42,016 bases of DNA from Candidatus Omnitrophota bacterium (GTDB taxonomy: Bacteria > Omnitrophota > Gorgyraeia > Gygaellales > Profunditerraquicolaceae): the NCBI GenBank assembly GCA_016867005.1, contig VGKM01000002.1, positions 1-42,016 of the forward strand. The letters are read 5' to 3'. Each line of letters begins with the position of its first letter. Positions within the stretch are counted from its first letter, which is position 1. A model generated the notes under the pieces. It was not told the origin of the DNA. It did not search any database and saw only the letters and a program-made list of their open reading frames with translations. Position numbers and translations under genes: made by a program. This document shows positions 7,869-14,872 of the stretch, piece after piece.

Positions 7869-9410
7869 TTAATTTTTACAGGATATCGTAAATGAAGTCA
7901 TAGTGATACCCTCGAATAACCGGTAGTCGATATTATTGATTGCGATATCCTTAAAATTTCTTTTTAATACAGGGTTATTCTTCATCAGTATAATAATACC
8001 GTTAACTAATTTAAGCTCCTCATCTCCGTTACCCGTATAAGCAATCCCCTGCAGGATCAATTCCGGTTTTTGCCCCTTATTATTAAACATTATATTTGTC
8101 AACCTGACTTCTGCGGGAATTATACGGGGGATAACATCCAGGACCTCAGTAAAATACTGCTGTTTTGTAATAATATTCTTCAGGGCTTCGACTTTCTTTT
8201 TATATTCATCACTTAACCTGTTCAACTCAGGCAGGCTTGCTTCGGGTTTTATCCCGGGAACAACCGGCCGCTCTTTTATAACTTCGGATAATTGGGCCTG
8301 AATAGGCAATTTCTGGTACATCCCGTAACCGAATGCCAGAAAACACAATAACATGCCAAAAGCCACGAACCTGGCATCAACTCTTATCCTGGAAATAAGG
8401 GCCCCAAGCTCTAATTCGGCCCCTGCTTCTTTCTGGATCTTTGTTTTTGAACGCGAAGCCAATAAGTTTATTTTTAAATCGCTCTTGATCACTTTTACCA
8501 AAGAACTGCCATAGGCCTTTGATAAACCCAGGCTATACTGCCCTTGCCTGCCCAAGGCCTTACTGGCATCAACAAAAATCGGCTCTAAAGCCATTTCTTT
8601 GAAAAACGACTCCAGGTCAGTGCGCATTTCGTTATTGACAACCAAAAAGACCTTATGGACCTTCTTTGTGAGGAACTTGCGGTGGTAATAATCCATGGAA
8701 ATGCGGATTTCAGTCTTTAATTTATCGATAAGCGCGGCAGGGGAAACACCTTCGGGCTTAGAAAGCTCATCCGGGCCGCCGGATAAGATTATATCCCTGC
8801 TGAACAATGGGAGCCCCCCCCCCAGGATAGAGAAATTTACTTCATCTTCTTCAACGTAATCCACATTCAAAAGCGCGACTACGCCCTTGCTGCTGAAATT
8901 GCTCAGCTTTAAGAACCGCAATAATCCAAAGGCAGAATACTCTAAAAAGCTTAATTTAATATCCAACTGGCTGACTATGGAGAGGTATTTATCCAGGACT
9001 TCTTTTTTGATGCCCACATAAAGGACCTGGTTCCTGCGGCTTGCCCTGTCATATTCAGTCTGAAAATCAGAAACCAGCTCTTCGATCTTAAAAGGTATAT
9101 ATTTCTTTACTTCGAAATTTACGACATTGGGAAGTTCATTGGCAGGCAATTGAGGCGTCTCAAAAGTACGGATTATCATATCTTTTCCCGAAAGAGAAAC
9201 AAATGCCTCTTTGGCAGATATGTTGTTTTTTCTCAGCTCTTCTTTAAACAAGGCAACGATCTTTACTTCATCAGGCACTTTCTCCTCCAGGTCTCCGGAC
9301 GAAAGCACAGAGCGCTGGATTTGAATGCTGTTTATGATCTTTTTGCCGCTGGCTTCAATTATTGAAATTACTTTCGGCCCAAAGTATATTCCTAAAGAAG
9401 AACCTGCCAT
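7869..9410 (-). CDS. Fused PilM-PilN protein: cytoplasmic actin-like PilM domain, one TM, periplasmic PilN-like domain
   Basis: 513 aa. Residues 1 to about 330 are PilM-like (GIYFGPKVISIIE..., ...VVALLNVDY...). The TM is FVAFGMLLCFLAFGYGMY. The C-terminal ~150 aa has a coiled coil plus a PilN-like alpha/beta domain. Confidence 0.8.
   Translation of the reverse strand: MAGSSLGIYFGPKVISIIEASGKKIINSIQIQRSVLSSGDLEEKVPDEVKIVALFKEELRKNNISAKEAFVSLSGKDMIIRTFETPQLPANELPNVVNFEVKKYIPFKIEELVSDFQTEYDRASRRNQVLYVGIKKEVLDKYLSIVSQLDIKLSFLEYSAFGLLRFLKLSNFSSKGVVALLNVDYVEEDEVNFSILGGGLPLFSRDIILSGGPDELSKPEGVSPAALIDKLKTEIRISMDYYHRKFLTKKVHKVFLVVNNEMRTDLESFFKEMALEPIFVDASKALGRQGQYSLGLSKAYGSSLVKVIKSDLKINLLASRSKTKIQKEAGAELELGALISRIRVDARFVAFGMLLCFLAFGYGMYQKLPIQAQLSEVIKERPVVPGIKPEASLPELNRLSDEYKKKVEALKNIITKQQYFTEVLDVIPRIIPAEVRLTNIMFNNKGQKPELILQGIAYTGNGDEELKLVNGIIILMKNNPVLKRNFKDIAINNIDYRLFEGITMTSFTISCKN
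8814..8823 (-). repeat. Homopolymeric G10 tract (C10 on the plus strand) inside the pilMN coding sequence
   Basis: Read directly: gagCCCCCCCCCCagg. On the coding strand ctG GGG GGG GGG ctc encodes L-G-G-G-L at residues 196-200. It is the only G/C homopolymer of 8 nt or longer that I saw in the window. Confidence 0.95.
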
Positions 9411-9598
9411 TATTTCTCTCCGGGTTTGGAAATGCGCCTTCTGCTTCTTAGCCAGGCATCGATTTCCCTGCGGTCAAAACGCCAGACCCCGCCTACTTTT
9501 ATGCCTGAGATTTTACCCTGATGCAACCAATTATAGATTGTCTGCTTCTTCAATCTCAGATAATCTGCTAATTCATCAACATCAATAAGCTTTGGCAT
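9410..9598 (-). CDS. Excisionase-family (MerR-superfamily, HTH_17-like) small DNA-binding protein
   Basis: 62 aa. LIDVDELADYLRLKKQTIYNWLHQGKISGIKVGGVWRFDRREIDAWL matches the excisionase/HTH_17 pattern (HTH plus wing and a conserved W-R-F). Its stop overlaps the pilMN start (TAATG). Confidence 0.85.
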   Translation of the reverse strand: MPKLIDVDELADYLRLKKQTIYNWLHQGKISGIKVGGVWRFDRREIDAWLRSRRRISKPGEK

Positions 9599-9648
9599 AC
9601 AATATTACCTTCCTCTTACTAAGACCATTATAAACTACAGCGGACTAC

Positions 9649-9677
9649 ATTAAAACATAAACAACTTAATTTGTCAA
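9649..9677 (-). promoter_or_regulatory. Candidate sigma70 promoter for the HTH-pilMNOPQBC operon
   Basis: The minus strand has TTGACA (9677-9672), a 17-nt spacer and TTTAAT (9654-9649). A second possible -10 (TATAAT, 9632-9627) lies inside the left arm of the inverted repeat. SD GAGGAAGG lies upstream of the ATG at 9598. Confidence 0.45.
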
Positions 9678-9701
9678 GTGTTTTTTTATCTAAACTTACT
9701 C

Positions 9702-9766
9702 AGACTTACTTATTCAATTAACAGCGACGGAAAATGAAGCATGCAACTTTATAATAGACTTACTTA
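9702..9766. repeat. 11-bp exact direct repeat AGACTTACTTA (x2) plus two degenerate CTTACT copies
   Basis: Exact copies are at 9702-9712 and 9756-9766, 54 bp apart start to start. Related copies are aaACTTACTca at 9692-9702 and ctCTTACTaag at 9613-9623. Confidence 0.9.
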
Positions 9767-9793
9767 GATTATAATGGTCTTTTAATACGGATT

Positions 9794-10207
9794 TTAATTA
9801 GAAGAATATGTGACGGAGGAATTAATACAAAAATTGATGCCTGCAGGAGGGTTACAAATAGTAGTTAACGGCGCACAAATAATCCCCGGGGGGCAGAAAA
9901 TAACCTCAACTGATTGTACTGAATTAGGAAAAGCAGTATCTGCTATCGGGCAATCACCGGCATTTTGGCAGGTATTCCCGCCTGAATAATGCCATGTCCC
10001 GGTTCTTAAATTTTCAAGTGCCAGATTAATTCCTGCCAGGCCCGCATAATATGCCTGGATACGGCCGATTTGATGATGGGTGAGTTTTGACTGGCTGAGC
10101 ATAATGTTCATAATTATGTTTGCCAGGACAATCACTATAGCTGCTACGGCTAAACTTAAAAATAAAGCAATACCTTTATTCCTTAATAATAAGGGCCGCT
10201 TAAGCAT
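9794..10207 (-). CDS. PilX_N / GspK-like minor pseudopilin lacking Glu+5, with a Cys-rich C-terminal module
   Basis: 137 aa. MLKRPLLLRNKG|IALFLSLAVAAIVIVLANIIMNIMLSQSKL...AYYAGLAGINLAL resembles the PilX N-terminal domain pattern. There is no Glu at +5. Six Cys lie in the last ~60 aa. Confidence 0.6.
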   Translation of the reverse strand: MLKRPLLLRNKGIALFLSLAVAAIVIVLANIIMNIMLSQSKLTHHQIGRIQAYYAGLAGINLALENLRTGTWHYSGGNTCQNAGDCPIADTAFPNSVQSVEVIFCPPGIICAPLTTICNPPAGINFCINSSVTYSSN

Positions 10208-10406
10208 TTTTTCTTAGGGATACCTTATAATCATTATTTTCTTCCTGCATAATCACATGGCCTTCCCGGGCAAGCCAACCTAAACTCATCAAAACGCTGT
10301 CCCGCGGCTTATCTATGCCCTTAGTTAAAACAGAAAGGGCAACTTCCCCATGCTGATCAAGGTAATGCCAGATCTCACCGGCTATTATACCGATTTCTGT
10401 AATCAT
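10200..10406 (-). CDS. Small winged-helix protein (DUF2582-like wHTH)
   Basis: 68 aa. IWHYLDQHGEVALSVLTKGIDKPRDSVLMSLGWLAREGHV matches, from memory, the DUF2582 winged-helix pattern (...W..L...G......L.........ALGWL.RE.K.). It overlaps the next gene by 8 nt. Confidence 0.65.
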   Translation of the reverse strand: MITEIGIIAGEIWHYLDQHGEVALSVLTKGIDKPRDSVLMSLGWLAREGHVIMQEENNDYKVSLRKNA

Positions 10407-10427
10407 TATTATTCCTCCTTGTTATTA

Positions 10428-10455
10428 ATTCTACGCCAGAATCTTCCTATGTCAA
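10428..10455 (-). promoter_or_regulatory. Candidate sigma70 promoter for the wHTH-pilX-like pair
   Basis: The minus strand has TTGACA (10455-10450), a 16-nt spacer and TAGAAT (10433-10428), followed by SD AAGGAGG and the ATG at 10406. The -35 starts right after the upstream stop codon. Confidence 0.5.
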
Positions 10456-10677
10456 TTACTTTTTATTATAGCTTCCGCAACGCGGACAAATTGAAATATT
10501 TTCGTCTTTTGTATTTATATAGGTATAGGCGCAAATAGCACAGAACCATACAAATTTTGTATCTAAGGCCAGGTCCTTATCTTTATGCCTCTTGCCTCTT
10601 ATCCAAGAGATCAACAATATGTTGATAATGATAATAAAAAAGCAAGCAATTGCGATTGAGAAATCAATACTTATCAT
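10456..10677 (-). CDS. Membrane-anchored zinc-ribbon protein (hypothetical)
   Basis: 73 aa with an N-terminal TM (FSIAIACFFIIIINILLISWI), then CAIC-x13-CPRC (two CxxC knuckles). Its start overlaps the TonB-like stop (ATGA). Confidence 0.55.
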   Translation of the reverse strand: MISIDFSIAIACFFIIIINILLISWIRGKRHKDKDLALDTKFVWFCAICAYTYINTKDENISICPRCGSYNKK

Positions 10678-11309
10678 CTGTTCGGCTCAAGCTCTATCTT
10701 GACTGTCTGCCAGATGTTATCAGATGAAGCATATTTTTGTATAGAAAGATACTGCTCGATATAATGCATGCAAAACAGGTCAACCTCAAGATTACCCGAA
10801 GAGGCCTTTCTTCTGACCAATACGCTCTTATTTTTATCCGGAGAAAAAGCAATATATTCTAGCTCTATATGGGCCACCTGCCTGTCTTTAAAATAGAGAT
10901 TGAAATCATACGGCAGTTCGGGATAGAACATTACTACCGGCTTCTTGCGTTTTGCCAGAAATACAGGGCCCAAGATATCATTCTTTAGGGTAACTTTCTG
11001 CTGGCCTTCCCTGATAAGACTGACAGGCGGTTTAACGAAACTTGCGGCTGGTTTAAATTCCTGCGACTCTGTATTTTCTACCGAGGGGACTTCTGCCGGA
11101 GGCACAAAAAATGATTTTCTTGCTGCCCTTCTGATAAGTGTGGTCTCGGGAGCCAGGTCATAATTTTTCAGGACGCCTCCCCAAAAAGCAACATTTGCCT
11201 GCTTGTAAGGGATGATCCTTTCCCCGAAAGAAAACCCAAACAGCCCAAAGACCGTAAAATGGCCCATAAGCGATATCAAAAATGAATTTTTAAGGCTGCG
11301 TGTGATCAT
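10674..11309 (-). CDS. TonB-family energy transducer-like protein (divergent)
   Basis: 211 aa with an N-terminal TM containing His (SLMGHFTVFGLFGFSF) and a Pro-containing linker. The C-terminal ~80 aa follows the TonB_C pattern (YPELPYDF...IELEYIAF...KASSGNLEVDLFCMHYIEQ...VKIEL). It sits directly after exbB-exbD with an ATGA overlap. Confidence 0.6.
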   Translation of the reverse strand: MITRSLKNSFLISLMGHFTVFGLFGFSFGERIIPYKQANVAFWGGVLKNYDLAPETTLIRRAARKSFFVPPAEVPSVENTESQEFKPAASFVKPPVSLIREGQQKVTLKNDILGPVFLAKRKKPVVMFYPELPYDFNLYFKDRQVAHIELEYIAFSPDKNKSVLVRRKASSGNLEVDLFCMHYIEQYLSIQKYASSDNIWQTVKIELEPNR

Positions 11310-11707
11310 TCCTGATTTGTCGCAATATTTACCTGTGCAATCCCAAAATCACGCGCAAGGTCCCAGATTTCGACTACCCTGCCCAGCGATGCCCGCTTGT
11401 CAGCTTTGATGAGGATTGACTGGTTTCTCTTTTCTGCCTGTTTAAGTAATGCCTTTAATTCTTTAGCCGTGACCACTTTTCCGTCAAAATATGTGACATT
11501 CTCTCCGGAAACAAGCACCTCTATGTTTTGGCTCTTTACAACTTCGCTGGTAACCGCTTTTGGCAGATTCACCTTGATCCCCGGCTGCATTACAAAGCTT
11601 GAAGTAAGCATAAAAAATATGATCAACTGGAATACGACGTCAATCAAAGGCGCTATATCAATTTGCTTCAGGCCGTGCTCAAGCTTCATATGTCTTTTAA
11701 AACGCAT
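11306..11707 (-). CDS. exbD: ExbD/TolR-family biopolymer transport protein
   Basis: 133 aa. IDIAPLIDVVFQLIIFFMLT is a TM with the conserved Asp, followed by a periplasmic ExbD fold pattern (ILIKADKRASLGRVVEIWD). Confidence 0.9.
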   Translation of the reverse strand: MRFKRHMKLEHGLKQIDIAPLIDVVFQLIIFFMLTSSFVMQPGIKVNLPKAVTSEVVKSQNIEVLVSGENVTYFDGKVVTAKELKALLKQAEKRNQSILIKADKRASLGRVVEIWDLARDFGIAQVNIATNQE

Positions 11708-11724
11708 AGCTCTCTACCCCTTGC

Positions 11725-12357
11725 TTATTCTGTTAAGAAATTTATCAGCTCCGTAGCTGCCTTCTCCATCTCTAATATGAAATAATTTACCCGGCTTACC
11801 AGGTAATTATATGCCACAAAAGCAGGGATCGCTACAATTAACCCGGCAACAGTAGTAAGTAATGCTTCCCATATCCCTCCTGCAAGGTCTCCCGGAGAAA
11901 CAGGATGGAAACTTGTCGCCTTTGCCTGTATGGTCTGAAAACACCTGACCATGCCGGTAACGGTGCCCAAAAGCCCTAATAGCGGAGACACATGGGCAAT
12001 AGTGGCAAGCGCAGAAAGATTCTTTTCAAGGCGCGGGATCTCATGCAGAGACGAATCCTCTATTGCTTCTTTTATCTGCTGCTTAGGGCGGTCGTACTTA
12101 AGAATACCTGCCTTAAGAATACTGGCGACCGGGCTTTTCGTTGAATCGCAGATTTCAATAGCTTCCTTAACCTGATGATGCTTCATTTTTTCCAGGATCC
12201 TTGATAAAAATTCCTGGACATCTATCGAAATTTTATGCAGATACCAGAACTTTTCTATAATGATCGTTAAAGCAAAAATAGAACACAATAGTATCGGCCA
12301 CATGACCGGGCCGCCGGATAAAAAAACTTGCCAGAAACTCATCCTGTATAAATCCAT
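11725..12357 (-). CDS. exbB: MotA/TolQ/ExbB-family proton channel protein
   Basis: 210 aa with three TMs and the signature LATIAHVSPLLGLLGTVTGMVRCF ... ALLTTVAGLIVAIPA. Confidence 0.9.
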   Translation of the reverse strand: MDLYRMSFWQVFLSGGPVMWPILLCSIFALTIIIEKFWYLHKISIDVQEFLSRILEKMKHHQVKEAIEICDSTKSPVASILKAGILKYDRPKQQIKEAIEDSSLHEIPRLEKNLSALATIAHVSPLLGLLGTVTGMVRCFQTIQAKATSFHPVSPGDLAGGIWEALLTTVAGLIVAIPAFVAYNYLVSRVNYFILEMEKAATELINFLTE

Positions 12358-12367
12358 ATCTTTCCTC

Positions 12368-14848
12368 CTATTTGACGTTTGTCTTTATCCAACTTATTCT
12401 TTCCTGTGCGTATTTTGATTCTTCAACGTTCAAAGCAATGATCTTCTGGTATATGTTCTGCGCCTCAATAAAATCTTCTTTTGATTCGTAGATAGTGGCT
12501 ACCCTAAGGAGCGCTTTTACCGTAAGCTCTTGCTTTTCGGGAAACAAATAGGCGGCCTTAAGGTATCCTTCGATGGCTTCTGCAGTTTTACCTTGCAGCT
12601 CTTTTGCTTCAGCCAATTTGAACTGGATATCGCTCATCTCATTCATCGGGACTATATCCAAGCTTTTCTCATAATAAAAAGCTGCCTCTTCATAATTTCC
12701 TGCCTTACGAAAAGTATCGCCGATCTTAGGAGAGACAAGCGGAGCCAGATTAGGATAAAGCTGCATTACATTCTTATAACTTTCTAAAGCAAGCTCGATT
12801 TTTCCCTGCTTGGCATAAATATCTCCTACTGCTACAAAAGCTGTCCCGGAAAGGTCTGACTTCTTTAACCCTGCGACTTTATTAAAATTCTTAATCGCTT
12901 CATCAAAGTTGCCTTCTTCTTCATAGGTGGAGCCGAGCGCATAATATGCGTTAGGGATTAGGTTGCTTTTTGGGAAATCCTGGATAAGCGAAGAGAAATA
13001 TCTCCGCGCCAGGCTAAAATCATCATGCCGGTAATAATACTCTCCGAGCCACCAGACCACTTCCGCGGTCAGTTTCGAATCCGGGTATTTCGAACGAAGC
13101 GCCTTAAACCTTGCCATAGCTTCTTCTTCTTCTCCCTTGCGATAGAAACAATCGGCAATTTCATATTCTGCTTTCTGGACAAGCTCCGTATTACTGCCGT
13201 AGTTCCTGATTATATTTTTAAAGGCCTCAATTGCCTCATTAAATTTCCCAAGGTTATAAAGAGATGTCCCCAATAAATAAGCTGCCTGCGGCTCAAGAAG
13301 GGTGCCTTTATAGTCACTAAGGAATTTCTCAAAGACCTCTTTACTGGAATTATAATCTTCTCTTTGAAAATAACTCAAACCCAAAGCATAAGTGGCATCA
13401 TCCAGGAGTTTTGAATTAGGGTAATTCCTCTTAAGAGTTAAAAACGCAAGCGCCGCTCCGTCATAATTGCCGGACTTTAAAAATGCTGATCCGGACTGAT
13501 ATTGGACATAGTCGCTATATAGCGAATCGGGGTAATCTTTTAAAATACTATCATAAGCTTGCTGCGCCTTTTCGTAGTTGCCGGAATCCTGATAAGCATC
13601 CCCTATCTGGCACAATGCAGATACCTTGACGATTTTATCATCCGTAAGCTTGGCGACTTTCTGGAATTCATCAATGGCCTCTTTAAAAAGGCCCTCTTTT
13701 AAATAACTCCAGGCAAGGCCATAATGCAGTTTATCTATTAGATCCTGTGGTATGCCTTCAAATATCTTTGAATTCGCTGCCGAATATGCCTCAATCGCCC
13801 CTTTATAGTCCGCGGTATTATAATTTGCGTCTGCCAGCCCTAAATAACCGTGGATTAATATAAGAGGGTCTTCTGACATTCCGATTAACTCTCGATATAT
13901 CTTTTTAGCATCTTCGAAATCCCTGGTTTCACTTGATAAAACAGCTTTCCCCAATAATAAAACTTCCCGGCTTGTCTTTTCAAGGTTATCAGGCGGGATG
14001 CTCAGAAAGGCCTTTTTTGCCTCGGAGTATTTTTTTAACTTAAGGTTGCTCCATCCTATGCCCAATTCTGATAAGCCAAGCATTTTTTCATCCTTGGCCC
14101 CGGATAAAACTTTCCTGTATTCTTCAATAGCCAGGGAGAAATTGTTCAGATAATAATCGGCTTCGGCGAGGTAAAAATAAAGATACGGCAATTTCGCGGT
14201 ATCCTGCGAATAAATTTTAAGGTAATTATTTAAACGCTCTTTAAGTTCGGAATAATTTTTCAGGTTATAAAGGCATTCGATTATTTTAAACGATGCCTCT
14301 TTGGAAAAATTCTCTTTCGGGAATTTCTCTTCGACAATTTTAAAATATCCCAGGGCGTCAAGATAGGCGCCATCCTGGAAAGAACACCATCCTAATGAAT
14401 AATACGATATGCCGGCGTAGCCCGAAGAAGGAAAGTCGTTGATTATCTTTTTATAAAAATTGGCTGCCTTTGAGAAATTGTTAGCTTTAAAATTTACTTC
14501 GGCAATCCAGTAATATACTGCATCCTGGATATTCCTTGCTTCTGCCTGGTTAAGCAGCCATTCAAATTTAGCCAATGCTTCAGGGAATCTGTTCTGATGA
14601 AAATAACACTGCCCTATCAGGAGGTTTACGTCTGCTGTTTTAGGGGAACGCGGGAAATTCTTTAAGAACCGTTCAAAAAGGCCGAGAGCAACTTCATAAA
14701 AACCGTCTTCAAACGCCCTCCTGGCCACAAAGAGCGCCTCTTCTTCTCTTTCATCCTGCGTCATGGTCTGCGCGTATAGCCGGCAATTAACAACTGACAG
14801 CTGGGAACTAAAAGACACAACAATAAGTAAAATAATAATTTTATACAT
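12368..14848 (-). CDS. Large secreted tetratricopeptide-repeat protein (YbgF/CpoB-like TPR modules repeated)
   Basis: 826 aa with an N-terminal signal peptide, then more than 15 TPR-like units with recurring ...A.Y.LG..Y...G.Y..A...F..........P.S... periodicity. It lies 10 nt upstream of exbB. Confidence 0.85.
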   Translation of the reverse strand: MYKIIILLIVVSFSSQLSVVNCRLYAQTMTQDEREEEALFVARRAFEDGFYEVALGLFERFLKNFPRSPKTADVNLLIGQCYFHQNRFPEALAKFEWLLNQAEARNIQDAVYYWIAEVNFKANNFSKAANFYKKIINDFPSSGYAGISYYSLGWCSFQDGAYLDALGYFKIVEEKFPKENFSKEASFKIIECLYNLKNYSELKERLNNYLKIYSQDTAKLPYLYFYLAEADYYLNNFSLAIEEYRKVLSGAKDEKMLGLSELGIGWSNLKLKKYSEAKKAFLSIPPDNLEKTSREVLLLGKAVLSSETRDFEDAKKIYRELIGMSEDPLILIHGYLGLADANYNTADYKGAIEAYSAANSKIFEGIPQDLIDKLHYGLAWSYLKEGLFKEAIDEFQKVAKLTDDKIVKVSALCQIGDAYQDSGNYEKAQQAYDSILKDYPDSLYSDYVQYQSGSAFLKSGNYDGAALAFLTLKRNYPNSKLLDDATYALGLSYFQREDYNSSKEVFEKFLSDYKGTLLEPQAAYLLGTSLYNLGKFNEAIEAFKNIIRNYGSNTELVQKAEYEIADCFYRKGEEEEAMARFKALRSKYPDSKLTAEVVWWLGEYYYRHDDFSLARRYFSSLIQDFPKSNLIPNAYYALGSTYEEEGNFDEAIKNFNKVAGLKKSDLSGTAFVAVGDIYAKQGKIELALESYKNVMQLYPNLAPLVSPKIGDTFRKAGNYEEAAFYYEKSLDIVPMNEMSDIQFKLAEAKELQGKTAEAIEGYLKAAYLFPEKQELTVKALLRVATIYESKEDFIEAQNIYQKIIALNVEESKYAQERISWIKTNVK

Positions 14849-14872
14849 ATGGTAAACTATATCACTACTCCA

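Larger units (their letters stand above)
9621..9781. repeat. 13-bp perfect inverted repeat (AAGACCATTATAA / TTATAATGGTCTT) bracketing the promoter region
   Basis: Arms are at 9621-9633 and 9769-9781, with 135 bp between them. I checked base by base that neither arm extends further. Confidence 0.9.

Noticed and set aside
1-9598. tRNA-flanked genomic island carrying the pilus cluster, suggested by tRNA-Ala at one end and an excisionase-family gene at 9410-9598
   Set aside because: There is no integrase, transposase or conjugation gene. I found no direct repeat of the tRNA 3' end in the window; the only partial match, gcgggattcga at 32832-32842, is part of the rpsI terminator stem and the bases just past it. 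The excisionase-like gene is translationally fused into the pilus operon rather than sitting at an island border.
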